The notes under the pieces: model-generated
What the model saw: the letters and a program-made list of their open reading frames with translations, nothing else
Told to the model about the DNA's origin: nothing
Databases searched by the model: none
Part shown: positions 48,808 to 58,696 of the stretch, piece after piece
Layout: each line of letters opens with the position of its first letter
How positions within the stretch are numbered: the first letter of the stretch is position 1
Translations under genes and position numbers: made by a program
Source: an uncultured Candidatus Binatia bacterium
GTDB taxonomy: Bacteria > Desulfobacterota > Binatia > UBA9968 > JAJDTQ01
Length of the DNA: 64,000 nt
Direction of reading: 5' to 3'
NCBI GenBank assembly: GCA_965215605.1
Contig: OZ244070.1
Coordinates: 2,112,001 to 2,176,000, forward strand

Positions 48808-50262
48808 CTACTGTCGCTTGTCGTTCCGCTCGATCAGCACCGACATGCCGTCCGTCAGCTCGGTCATCTGGCCGAGGAACAGGCTGGCGCGGGCCACCAG
48901 CATGCAGTTCCGGATGGCGCCCGCGGCCATCTCCCGGAGCGCGTGGGGCACGTACACGAAACCCGAGGCAATGTGCCCCTGGGTGGGGGCGTAGCCGCAC
49001 ACCCCCTTGGCGCGCGCAAAACCGGCGATGTCGCTCCGGTCGATCTCCTTGGCCATAGCCAGCATGGCGGCCATCATCTTGTAGTTCCGGGCGGCCACGT
49101 CGCCGGCCTTGGCGGACACCATGATGTCGGGGTTGTGCACCTCGGTCACCACCCGATCGAGCCGGTCGACGCCCCATTCTAGCCGCCGCAACGGCTCCAG
49201 GACAAGCTCCCGGAACTGCTTGTCGAGGGCGGCGCCGGCCTTGACGGGATGCCGTCCGACGGCTTGCAGGTTCACCACCGGGCTCTTGCCGTCGTCGCGG
49301 CCGATCCACACGGCCACCGCGGACAGCGCGTCTTCCAGCACCGGGATGCCTTGTTCGAGGTGGTATAGGGACTTCATCCCGAGCTTGGGAAGCGACCCGC
49401 CGCCCACCACGACCACGTTCTCGAACACGCCGCTGTCCACCAGCGAGGCACCGATGACCATGGCGGGAATGGGCGCGGCGCAGAAGTCCTTGATGTCGAT
49501 GCCGGTGCCGAGATCGCAGCCCGCGAACTCGGCGATGGCCTTGGCCATGTTGCCGCCGCCTCGCTGGTAGCGGTCGCCCACCGCCTCCTCCGAGCAGCTC
49601 AGCACCAGGTCGACGTCGCTCAGGTCAAGACCGTCTACGTGGTTCAGCAGCTCGTGCACGGACAGCGCGCCCGAAACCTTGCAGCAGAGGTTCTCCAGCA
49701 GAACTGTCGCCGAGAGCGCTTCGTCCTCGGAGTGGCCCGTCTTGACCACTCCCACGGGCGCGCCTTCGCCGCCGGCGAAGAGCGGCAGGGAATCGGCGGC
49801 CGCCAGTTCCTTGTCCAGTTGGGCGTCGTCCACAAGCGCCGGCGTGCGGGAGGCCAGCGGCGCCGTGAGCGGCGAGGCCGAGAGCGCGGGATGCATCTCC
49901 TCCCAGAACCGTTCCCGCAGCAGCACGTGCTTGAAGGGGTCCGCGCAGGCCAGCAGGGCGAGGAAACGCCGTTCCTCCATGATGTGCCCGAAAGGTGTGT
50001 CGGCGCCGTCGGCGTCGGCCAGCTTGTCGAACCAAGGCTGCTCCACTTCCCAGAGGCGGGCCGGCGCCTGGCTGCCGATGAACACCTGGTTGGGAAGGTA
50101 ACGGCACGCGTCGTCGTAACCCCACAGCCCCCGCGTCAGATCCGCCAGGAACTCCGGTTTGGCCTTGGCCTCCCGGAACGGCTTGGAGCCGTAACGGACC
50201 AGGCTCGGGGTGTGGGCGAGGGCGGTGGCGGCGCCCTTGATGACGGGTCGGTTCGTCGGCAT
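48808..50262 (-). CDS. grdC: Glycine/sarcosine/betaine reductase component C, large (FabH-like) subunit
   Basis: LAHTP…YGS, DEALSATVLLENL, CSEEAVGDRYQRGGGNMAKA, FCAAP, KLGM, HNPDI, GYAPTQGHIASG, SLFLGQMTELTDG. Confidence 0.9.
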   Translation of the reverse strand: MPTNRPVIKGAATALAHTPSLVRYGSKPFREAKAKPEFLADLTRGLWGYDDACRYLPNQVFIGSQAPARLWEVEQPWFDKLADADGADTPFGHIMEERRFLALLACADPFKHVLLRERFWEEMHPALSASPLTAPLASRTPALVDDAQLDKELAAADSLPLFAGGEGAPVGVVKTGHSEDEALSATVLLENLCCKVSGALSVHELLNHVDGLDLSDVDLVLSCSEEAVGDRYQRGGGNMAKAIAEFAGCDLGTGIDIKDFCAAPIPAMVIGASLVDSGVFENVVVVGGGSLPKLGMKSLYHLEQGIPVLEDALSAVAVWIGRDDGKSPVVNLQAVGRHPVKAGAALDKQFRELVLEPLRRLEWGVDRLDRVVTEVHNPDIMVSAKAGDVAARNYKMMAAMLAMAKEIDRSDIAGFARAKGVCGYAPTQGHIASGFVYVPHALREMAAGAIRNCMLVARASLFLGQMTELTDGMSVLIERNDKRQ

Positions 50263-50326
50263 GGAAGCGACCTTATAACGTCCGCGAAGGCCGGGCAAGG
50301 CTGCACGGCAACGCCGTCCCATGACC

Positions 50327-50425
50327 GTCATTCCGCGAAACAAGCTGTGTCAAAACCCCATCCGAGCGAGGCAACGACCCCCGAAATCGTCCTTCCCGCG
50401 ACAGCTTGTCCCGACCCCGATCCCC
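50327..50425. repeat. Degenerate REP/MITE-like repeat relic
   Basis: GTCATTCCGCGAAACAAGCTG… and GTCCTTCCCGCGACAGCTTGTCCCG resemble GTCATTCCCGCG-type palindromic repeats. Confidence 0.4.
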
Positions 50426-50480
50426 CTCGACGCGCCGCCCTCCTTGTAATATGATCCGCGCATGTCGTGAGGAGGACACC

Positions 50481-51926
50481 ATGCCGGATTCGAAGCAGAA
50501 GCAGTTCGCCATAGACGCCGTGGAGGAGAACGGGAACAACATCGCCCTCCTCGGCGACAACATCTTCTATTTCGCCGAGCTGGGGATGCAGGAATATCGC
50601 ACCACCGGGCTCATGACCGAGATCCTGGAGCAGGCGGGCTTCGAGATCGAGCGGGGCATCTCGGGGATGCCCACTGCTTTCATCGCCACTTACGGATCCG
50701 GCAAGCCGGTGGTGGCGCTCCACACGGAGTTCGACGCCACCCCGTCGAGTTCGCAGATGGCGGGCGTGACCGAGCAGAAACCCATCGTCGACGGCGCCCC
50801 GGGCCACACCGAGGGTCACAACGTCAACGCCGCGGTGATGGTCGGCGCGGCGGTGGCGGTGAAGAAGACCATGGAGCAGTTCGACATCGAGGGGACCCTG
50901 CGGGTCTACGGCGCGCCGGCCGAGGAACAGCTCGTGAGCCGGCCCTACTTCGTGCGGGACGGCTACTTCGAGGACGTGGACGTGGCGCTGCACGATCACA
51001 TCGGCTCCAACCTGGGCACCGTGTACGGCCTGCGGCAGTACGCGCTCATCTCCGCGGAGTTCACCTTCAAGGGCGAGAGCGCCCATGCCGCCACCTCGCC
51101 CTGGAACGCGCGCGACGCGCTGGACGCGGCGGTGCTCATGGACATCGGCTGGGACAAGCTGCGGGAGCATCTCGAGCCTTCCCAGCGCAGCCACCGGGTC
51201 ATCAGCAACGGCGGCGACCAGCCCAACGTCATCCCCAACACCGCCACCATCTGGTGGTTCTTCCGCGAGGCCACGGCTGAGAAGGCGCGGGCGCTGTTCG
51301 AGAAAGCCAAGCGCGTCGCCCAGGGCGCGGCCACCATGACGGACACCTCCTACTCGGTGAACGTGCTGAGCGCGGTGGCGCCCACCCGTTGCAACCAGAC
51401 GTTGGCCGAGGTCATCCAGAACAACATCGAGGCCGTGGGCATGCCGCGGTGGAGCGAAGCCGAGCAGAAACTCGTCACCGACCTTCAGACCAAGGTCAAC
51501 GTCAAGGCCACGGGAATGCCTACGAAGGTGGCCCAGCTCCGCGAGGCCGTGCAGTCCGTGTCCGCCAACGACTCCGGCGACGTCTGTTGGGTGGTGCCCT
51601 CGGGCGTGGTGAACTTCCCGTCCAACATCCCGGGCATCGCCTACCATCACTGGGGCGCGGGCGTCTCCCTGGCCACCTCCGTGGCCCACAAGGGGGCGGT
51701 AGCCGGCGCCAAGACCATGGCCGCCTCCGCCGTTGACCTGCTGATGGACCCGGAACTGGTGGCGCGGGCCAAGGAGACCTTCAGGGAGGAGATCGGCGAC
51801 GTGGAGTACCGTCCGTTGCTGCCCGACGGCCAGCAGCCGCCGCTGGAGCTCAACCGCGTCCTCATGGAGCGTTACCGCTCCGCCATGGAAGCGCACTATC
51901 CCAAGGAGAAGCCCGCATTCAGCTAA
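50481..51926 (+). CDS. M20-family amidohydrolase (AbgB-like)
   Basis: AELGMQE, GMPTAFIA, EFDA, GHTEGHN, PAEE, GESAHA, GGDQPNVIP, AHKG. Confidence 0.88.
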   Translation: MPDSKQKQFAIDAVEENGNNIALLGDNIFYFAELGMQEYRTTGLMTEILEQAGFEIERGISGMPTAFIATYGSGKPVVALHTEFDATPSSSQMAGVTEQKPIVDGAPGHTEGHNVNAAVMVGAAVAVKKTMEQFDIEGTLRVYGAPAEEQLVSRPYFVRDGYFEDVDVALHDHIGSNLGTVYGLRQYALISAEFTFKGESAHAATSPWNARDALDAAVLMDIGWDKLREHLEPSQRSHRVISNGGDQPNVIPNTATIWWFFREATAEKARALFEKAKRVAQGAATMTDTSYSVNVLSAVAPTRCNQTLAEVIQNNIEAVGMPRWSEAEQKLVTDLQTKVNVKATGMPTKVAQLREAVQSVSANDSGDVCWVVPSGVVNFPSNIPGIAYHHWGAGVSLATSVAHKGAVAGAKTMAASAVDLLMDPELVARAKETFREEIGDVEYRPLLPDGQQPPLELNRVLMERYRSAMEAHYPKEKPAFS

Positions 51927-51949
51927 CGCTGCCGCTTCAGGGGCCGGAG

Positions 51950-53422
51950 GTGCGGCTACGCGCGATGCTCGACCGCGCCACCTCCGGCGAGAGGATCCAC
52001 GGCAGGCCCCGGCTTCGCCCGTCGCTGGTCGACAAGGTGCTGCGAGACCCGTTCTGGGTGTGGTGCCAATACCACGCACCCCGTGGCGAGGCGGTGAGCG
52101 AGGTCGGCCGCTACGAGCGGATGCGCTACCGCCGCGGCGTCGAGCACGAGGACGCCTGGGTGGCCGCGCACCATCCCGACGCCCTGGCGATCCGGCCCGA
52201 CTTCGGCTACGAGGCCCTGGCCCGCACCCTCCGGGCCATGCTGGATGGCGTTCCGGCCATTCATCAGCCGCAACTGTGGGATCTCGGGCGCGACGTCTAC
52301 GGCCGGGGCGATCTGCTGGTGCGCGACGACAGCCACGGCTCGGACCTGGGCCCCTACCACTACCGCGTCATCGAGATAAAGCGGGCGCGTAAGCTCCGGG
52401 ATGCCTTCGCGCTCCAGGCGGCCCTCTACAACCGGACCATCGGCGCCATCCAGGGCTACACCCCGAGCCAGGTGACGGTGGCGCTGCGGCACGATGTCCA
52501 ACCGGTGGACGTGTCGGGGCTCGGGCGACGGATCGACGATGTCGTGTCGCGTTGGGCCGCGCTGCGGGACGGCGCGGTGGAGCAGCCCGAGACCAGGCGG
52601 CCGCCCGACGTCACCGACTCGCCGTGGCGGGTGTACGGCAACAAGCTGGTACACGAGCGCCAGCACCTGGTGTTGCTGGCCGGGGTGCGGGCGCCCGAGC
52701 GGGCGAAGCTGCGCGCCGCCGGTATCCACGGTGTGAATGATCTATGGAGCCGTTCGCCGGAGGAGATCAACGAGATACTTGGTCCGCACCACGGCTCTAC
52801 GGCCTACCACGTGGCCCAGAGCTACCGGACAGGACAGCCCGTTCCCGGGCCCGGCCGCGAGCTGCGGATACCCCGGGCCAAACGGCTCCTCTACTTCGAC
52901 TTCGAGACCTCCGATGACGTGCATCCGACCCTGCCGCCCCACGTCTACCTCATCGGTTGTTGGGACGGCTCCCGCGACCAGTTCGTCAGGTTCCTGGCTC
53001 GCGGCCCCGAGGACGAAACTGAGATCTTCGAGGGGTTCCTGGACTACGTGGGCGATGACATGGAAGCCGTGCGCCTGTACCACTGGACCGACTACGAGGT
53101 GTGGCAGATGAAGGCGGTCATGCGCCGCTGGCCGCGGCTGGAAGGAAGACTGGCGCGCCTCATCGGCTCCTGTGTCGACCTGAAGCAGTGCATCCAGGAC
53201 GCGGTCTACCTGCCGGTGCCGAGCTACTCCATCAAGAGCGTCGCTCCGGCCCTGGGTTTCAACTGGCGGCAGCAGAGATTCGGCGCCTACGAAGCGCTAC
53301 TGTGCTACTGGGATTCCATCGAAACCGGCGACAGGTCCCTGGCCGAAAAGGCCGTCCGCTACAACGAGGACGACTGCGTCGCCATGTGGCACGTGGACCA
53401 GAGGCTCGCCGGCGGCGCGTGA
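51950..53422 (+). CDS. TM0106-type RecB-like nuclease + RNase H-like exonuclease (no helicase)
   Basis: GRGDLL…EIK…QAALY; YFDFETSD, HWTDYE, VDL, SYSIKSVAPALGF, YNEDDC. Confidence 0.85.
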   Translation: MRLRAMLDRATSGERIHGRPRLRPSLVDKVLRDPFWVWCQYHAPRGEAVSEVGRYERMRYRRGVEHEDAWVAAHHPDALAIRPDFGYEALARTLRAMLDGVPAIHQPQLWDLGRDVYGRGDLLVRDDSHGSDLGPYHYRVIEIKRARKLRDAFALQAALYNRTIGAIQGYTPSQVTVALRHDVQPVDVSGLGRRIDDVVSRWAALRDGAVEQPETRRPPDVTDSPWRVYGNKLVHERQHLVLLAGVRAPERAKLRAAGIHGVNDLWSRSPEEINEILGPHHGSTAYHVAQSYRTGQPVPGPGRELRIPRAKRLLYFDFETSDDVHPTLPPHVYLIGCWDGSRDQFVRFLARGPEDETEIFEGFLDYVGDDMEAVRLYHWTDYEVWQMKAVMRRWPRLEGRLARLIGSCVDLKQCIQDAVYLPVPSYSIKSVAPALGFNWRQQRFGAYEALLCYWDSIETGDRSLAEKAVRYNEDDCVAMWHVDQRLAGGA

Positions 53423-53660
53423 AATCAGACGTTCATCGCCGCCGGCGGCGACTGCCACCAACCCACCTCAACGCCGGCGGCGCGGCTATCCCAGCCAAAG
53501 AATCACACCACTCGTTGGGAGACATCGTCTGGACACCTATGGGGTTGCACAGTACCAAATGGCTCCTGCGAGCCGCATCCACAGGATGCTGAATATCGAA
53601 GCGAATCTTGTTCCTCCTCGCATTCAGCGAACCTCATTTTCCCCGCGCGCCATCACAGTC

Positions 53661-54185
53661 TCAACGCGGCCCCGCCCACTCCTCCAGGACAAACTCCGCG
53701 AGCACTCCGTCCAGCCACTTCTTCGTATAGTGACGTTCGAGGGCATTCCTCGGCCGATGACCCGCGTCGACGAGCAACTCTTCGAGAGACACAAGCCGTT
53801 CCCGAAACCCGAGATTCACTCCGCAACGCAGACTAGCTTTGTCGGGACCGCACAGGAACCATCCGTCATCCCGCCCCAGCGCGTGCGCCCAGAGCGCCTC
53901 CTCACCCTTGTCCAACGCGATGTCCTGAATCCGAACCAACAGTCCGGCGCGTTCCCTGTCGCCAACATGATGCACCGCCGAGAGCGAGCCCCTTAGCTCG
54001 CTGGCAATGATCGACTGCTCAGACCGTCGCAACTGGAAGCCCGTCTGCGTCTCCGTCACGCAATCTTCAACGGTTTCCACCCGATAGCCACCAGCCAGCG
54101 CCTGCCACGAACTCGTCCGATGCGACTCGATGATCGTATTCGTGTCCACGAGCAGCGCCGTCTCGTGGTCGACCCTTCTGCTCAC
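53661..54185 (-). CDS. PIN-like domain protein
   Basis: LLVDTNTIIE, LDKGEEAL, CGPDKASLR; GTGA overlap with the upstream gene. Confidence 0.7.
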   Translation of the reverse strand: MSRRVDHETALLVDTNTIIESHRTSSWQALAGGYRVETVEDCVTETQTGFQLRRSEQSIIASELRGSLSAVHHVGDRERAGLLVRIQDIALDKGEEALWAHALGRDDGWFLCGPDKASLRCGVNLGFRERLVSLEELLVDAGHRPRNALERHYTKKWLDGVLAEFVLEEWAGPR

Positions 54186-55285
54186 AGCCCAATCGCCTGA
54201 TCTACGCCATGGGCCGCAAACAGTTCTTCCAGGTCCTCGATCGGCAGCCCGACCAGCGCCGCTGCACGCCGAACCGAGACATGGCCTTGGTCGATGGCCT
54301 TCGCCACAACCTCCACGAATGCGCGTGAGAATAAAGGCGGAGGCTCCGAGGAGTCCTCGCGACCGTTGTTCCGCAAAGCGGCTTCCGGAATTGCTCGCGC
54401 CTGCCCCTTGGGCAACTTCCGGAGAGCGACCAAACGCCACCTGAGGGCAGACGAGGTCACACACAATTCGTCGGCCGTAGCGTTCAATCGGGTGATCAAG
54501 CTATTCACGTCCAGCCGCCCCCAATCGTCAAAGGAGTCAAGCGCCGCCTTCGGCATCAGCACGGCGGCCGCGAAGTTGTTGGCCAATTGCTCCACCCGAT
54601 TACCACTGAAATCGCTGGCATCTTCCGTGTGCTCCGGCGGCATCGCTTCCCAAGTGAGGATGTGAAACAGTTCATGCGCAAGGTCGAAGTTGCGGCGCCC
54701 CGCCACTTCTCCTCGTGCGACCAGCACCGCGTCGAACTCGGGCAGACGGCACGCCGCTCCAGAAATACCTCGGTAGGCGTCCACCATAAGCACGAGTATC
54801 CCGAACCGATCTTGCATCGCCGCAGCGAGACGTTGCGCCGGCACAACCCCGAGTTCGAACTCCGTAACAAACCGCTCGCCGGCGTCCGTTGCGTCCTCGA
54901 ATCTCGACACCTTCGTCAGCCCAAGGGCCTGCCGCATCAACGGCGCCCGTTGACCCACCTGCGCGGCCAGGATCCGGTACGCGCCGATCCAGCGACCAGC
55001 CGTCCGCTCATACTCGCCAAGCTCCGACGGTCCGACGCCCCCCTGTCGCCAGGAGAACAGCGCCTCGCCGTCCAGCCGAAAGGGGTCGGTGAAATAGTCG
55101 AGCGGGACACGCAATTTCTCCACGGCGAGCAACAGTTCCTCCGCAGTCACACGTCGTACGCCGTTCTCTATTGCCGACACCGTCTGTCGATCCTTGAAAC
55201 CGAACAAACGCGCCATTTCGTCCTGAGAAAGGTTCCGCGCCTGTCTCAACGCCTTGAGTCGTGTACCGATGATCTGACCCGTCAC
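54182..55285 (-). CDS. XRE HTH-ImmA/IrrE metallopeptidase fusion
   Basis: RLKALRQARNLSQDEMA…VSAIENG; RRNFDLAHELFHIL (HExxH), EQLANNFAAAVLMP. Confidence 0.9.
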   Translation of the reverse strand: MTGQIIGTRLKALRQARNLSQDEMARLFGFKDRQTVSAIENGVRRVTAEELLLAVEKLRVPLDYFTDPFRLDGEALFSWRQGGVGPSELGEYERTAGRWIGAYRILAAQVGQRAPLMRQALGLTKVSRFEDATDAGERFVTEFELGVVPAQRLAAAMQDRFGILVLMVDAYRGISGAACRLPEFDAVLVARGEVAGRRNFDLAHELFHILTWEAMPPEHTEDASDFSGNRVEQLANNFAAAVLMPKAALDSFDDWGRLDVNSLITRLNATADELCVTSSALRWRLVALRKLPKGQARAIPEAALRNNGREDSSEPPPLFSRAFVEVVAKAIDQGHVSVRRAAALVGLPIEDLEELFAAHGVDQAIGL

Positions 55286-55304
55286 CGGACCCCCCTTCTT
55301 CTAA

Positions 55305-55328
55305 TCTTGCATATATATAATCGCAAGA
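55305..55328. promoter_or_regulatory. Candidate XRE operator
   Basis: TCTTGC-N12-GCAAGA in an AT-rich spacer upstream of the XRE-ImmA gene. Confidence 0.45.
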
Positions 55329-55510
55329 AATATATGCGAAGAACGATTCGCGTGCAAGTCTTGGGGAAATATGTTGACGAAGATGCGCAGGAATTTTTAT
55401 TGTCGGCAAGGCGCGATGACGAGCAGTGGCGTGTACCACGCGAGGAAGAGCAACGCAGCCGACGGCGAAAAGGACAAGCAAATTATCGCAGGAATTTGCG
55501 GGACAGGACG

Positions 55511-58500
55511 CTAGAGTGGGTTCTCCCGAACATGGTCCGGCTGCAGCGCCGCCGGGTCCTGCTGGGGCTCGGTCGCGGGCGTGGCAGTCCCGGCGGCGTC
55601 CGCCGGCTCGCCGGCGTGGGCCTTCCGCCACACCCGTTCCCGCACCGACGCGTAGAGCACCGGAATCAGCACCAGCGTCACCAGCATGGACGTGATCAGG
55701 CCGCCGATCACCACCCGAGCCATGGGTGCCTGAATCTCGCCGCCTTCGCCCCATGCCAATGCCAGCGGCACCAGTGCGAGGACCGTGGTCAGGGTCGTCA
55801 TGAGGATCGGGCGAAGACGGGTGCGGCCCGCGAGGACCACCGCGTCGACAACGCTCAGGCCCTCCTCGCGCATCTTGAGGTTGATGTAGTCCACCAGCAC
55901 GATGGCGTTGTTCACGACGATGCCCACCAGCAGGATGATGCCGATGTAGGAGTTGACGTTGAGGCTCGTCCCGGTCACGTGGAGCGATGCGAGCACGCCG
56001 ATGGCGGCGAAGGGAACCGCGAACATGATCACCAGCGGATCGAGCAGGCGCTCGAACTGGCCCGCCATGACCATGTAGACCATGAGCAACGCAAGGAGCA
56101 GGCCGATCCGCAGCTCGCCGAAGGCCTTCTGCTGTTCCTCGAAGTCCCCGCCCACCTGGAGGACCATGCCCTGCGGCAGCGGGATCTGTGCCAGCGCCGC
56201 CTGAATCTCGGCCACGGCGCCGGCCATGTCGCGTCCCGAGACCTCGCCGGAGATGGACACCACCCGTTCCTGGTTGAGGCGCTGGATCGACATGGGTCCG
56301 CGGCGTTCCTCTAGCCGGACCAGGTTCTTGAGCGACAGCACCCGGCCCGAGCCGTCGGAGACGCTCTGATCCAGTAGCCCGTCCAGCTCGGCGCGGTCGT
56401 CGCCGCCGAGACGAACGCGCACGTCGTACTCGTTGCCGCCCTCGCGGTAGAACGTCGCCCGTATGCCCCCCAGGCTCGCTTGCAGGCCGCGGGCGATGGT
56501 CTCCACCGGTATGCCGAGGCTTGCCGCCCGCTCCCGGTCCACGTGAATGCCCATTTCTGGCTGTCCGGCCTGCCGGCTGATGCGGACCCCGGCGACCCCG
56601 TCAACGCCGTCCATGGTGTCCTTCACCTGGCGCGCGACCCGCTGTAGCTGGTCCAGGTCGTGACCGCGCACCTTCACGTCGAGGTTGTCGTTGTCGGTGA
56701 ATCCGAGGCGTCTGAAGATCCACAGCCCGGAGCTCGCGCGTACGCGGGCGCGCATCCCGGGAACCTCGCTGACCCGCCGCCGCAGGACTCTGACGATGTC
56801 CTGATCGGACCGTTCCCGGGTGTTCCTGGGCCCCAGCCACACGTACACGCGCCCGTTGTTCTTGCCGCGGGCGCGCCAACCGAACTGGCCGAAGCGGGTG
56901 AAGTTCCGGTGCGGCTCGGTGACCTCCTGTTTCACGATGGCCTCGAGTTGCCGGAAGGCGCGGTCGGTTTCCTCGATCTTCGATCCGGCCTCGGTCTCCG
57001 CGATGATGATCACGTTGCCCTCGTCGGCACGGGGCATGAACTCGCTGGCAATGCCCTGGTAGAGGAAATAGCTGCTTGAAAGCAGGATCGCCGCGGCCGC
57101 CACCACGGTGAAGCGGTGGCGCAGGCTCCACCCCAGCAGTCCCTGGTAGGCCTTGTCCAGACCCGTTTGGGAACTCGAACCCGCGCGCGCGAGACGCGAC
57201 AGGAAGCGCCCGGTGCGCGCACGGTCCGGCCGGCCCAGGAGATGGTGCGCCAGCACGGGGACCACGGTGAGGGCCACCACCAGGGAGGCCGCGAGGGAGA
57301 AGAACACGACCCACGCGAGCTGTTGGAAGAGGATGCCCGCGGAGCCGGGGACGAAGATCAGGGGCAGAAACACCACCACGGTGGTCAGGGTGGACGCGGT
57401 GATGGCTCCCGCCACCTCGCGCGTGCCCCTGAGGACGGCCTCCCGGCGCTCGGTGCTGGCCTCGTGGTGCCGGAAGATGTTCTCCAGCACCACCACGGAG
57501 TTGTCCAGCAAGAGCCCTATTCCCAGGGCGAGACCGCCGAAGGAGATGATGTTGATGCTGAAGCCCTGGAAGTACATGAGCGCGAAGGTGGCGACGATGG
57601 AGATGGGGATGGCGGTGCCGATGACCACCGTGCTGCGCACGCTGCGCAGGAAGAACAGCAGCACGGCCAGGGCCAGCAGGCCGCCCCAGACCGCGGCCAG
57701 GGTCACGTTGTCCACCGCGTTGCGGATGTAGTGCGCGTTCTCGCGCAGCACGGTTACCCGGATGGCGGGGAGCTCCCGATTGATACCGTCGATGGCCTGT
57801 TTCACCCGGTCCACCACCGCGATGGTATTGGCGGAAGGCTGCCGCCGCACGGAGATGACCACGGCGTGGGCCCCATCCATCCGCACCGCGTGGTCCAGGT
57901 CCTTGAAGGAGTCCTCCACCTGTCCGAGGTCCTTGACATGGATGGGGATTCCGTCGCGGGAGGCCACCACCGTGTTGCGCAGTTGATCGAGATCGGTGAA
58001 CTCGCCCAAGGTCCGTACCGATACCTCCAGGTGGGCCCGGCCGAGATTGCCGGCGGGCAGGTTGATGTTGCTCGCCCGCAGCGCCCGGACCACCTGGTCC
58101 ACCGAGAGATTGAACGCCTTGAGCCGGTCCAGGGACAGGTGGACGTGGATCTCGCGTTCCAGTCCGCCGCGCACGTCCGCCGCGGCCACGCCGGCGACCC
58201 GTTCCAGTCGGTAGCGGACCTCCTGCTCCACGAAGCTCCGCAGCGCCACCGGGTCCATCTGTCCCGACACGCCGATGAACATGATCGGCGACGCGTTGAC
58301 GTCGTACTTGGAAACCACCGGGGCCTCGGCTCCCGGAGGAAGATCGTCCCGGATGCGGTCGATCCGTGCGCGTATGTCGCTCACCGCCACTTCCAGGTCC
58401 TTGTTCCAGCCGAAGCTCACCCGGACCTGGCTGCGGCCTTCGACGGAGATGGAGGTCATGTCCTCCACGCCTTCCACGGAGCTCACCGCCTTTTCGACCG

Positions 58501-58696
58501 GCACCGTCACCAGCGTCTCCATCTCCAGCGGCCCCACGTTGCCGTAGTTGGTCGAGATGGTGACCCTGGGGAAGGTGATCTCGGGCATGAGATCCACCGG
58601 GATCTTGAGAAACGACACCACCCCGAGGATCACGACGATCAGCGCCGCCATGCAGGTGGCCACCGGGCGTCTGAGACAAAGCGCCGTGAGATTCAT
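55511..58696 (-). CDS. RND efflux transporter permease (AcrB/MdtB-like)
   Basis: RRPVAT, IGLLLDNSVVVLENI, GIVVNNAIVLVD, RLRPILMT. Confidence 0.93.
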   Translation of the reverse strand: MNLTALCLRRPVATCMAALIVVILGVVSFLKIPVDLMPEITFPRVTISTNYGNVGPLEMETLVTVPVEKAVSSVEGVEDMTSISVEGRSQVRVSFGWNKDLEVAVSDIRARIDRIRDDLPPGAEAPVVSKYDVNASPIMFIGVSGQMDPVALRSFVEQEVRYRLERVAGVAAADVRGGLEREIHVHLSLDRLKAFNLSVDQVVRALRASNINLPAGNLGRAHLEVSVRTLGEFTDLDQLRNTVVASRDGIPIHVKDLGQVEDSFKDLDHAVRMDGAHAVVISVRRQPSANTIAVVDRVKQAIDGINRELPAIRVTVLRENAHYIRNAVDNVTLAAVWGGLLALAVLLFFLRSVRSTVVIGTAIPISIVATFALMYFQGFSINIISFGGLALGIGLLLDNSVVVLENIFRHHEASTERREAVLRGTREVAGAITASTLTTVVVFLPLIFVPGSAGILFQQLAWVVFFSLAASLVVALTVVPVLAHHLLGRPDRARTGRFLSRLARAGSSSQTGLDKAYQGLLGWSLRHRFTVVAAAAILLSSSYFLYQGIASEFMPRADEGNVIIIAETEAGSKIEETDRAFRQLEAIVKQEVTEPHRNFTRFGQFGWRARGKNNGRVYVWLGPRNTRERSDQDIVRVLRRRVSEVPGMRARVRASSGLWIFRRLGFTDNDNLDVKVRGHDLDQLQRVARQVKDTMDGVDGVAGVRISRQAGQPEMGIHVDRERAASLGIPVETIARGLQASLGGIRATFYREGGNEYDVRVRLGGDDRAELDGLLDQSVSDGSGRVLSLKNLVRLEERRGPMSIQRLNQERVVSISGEVSGRDMAGAVAEIQAALAQIPLPQGMVLQVGGDFEEQQKAFGELRIGLLLALLMVYMVMAGQFERLLDPLVIMFAVPFAAIGVLASLHVTGTSLNVNSYIGIILLVGIVVNNAIVLVDYINLKMREEGLSVVDAVVLAGRTRLRPILMTTLTTVLALVPLALAWGEGGEIQAPMARVVIGGLITSMLVTLVLIPVLYASVRERVWRKAHAGEPADAAGTATPATEPQQDPAALQPDHVRENPL

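Noticed and set aside
53423-53660. Possible small gene or ncRNA between convergent genes
   Set aside because: Only short frames without an RBS or motifs; no structure I can support.
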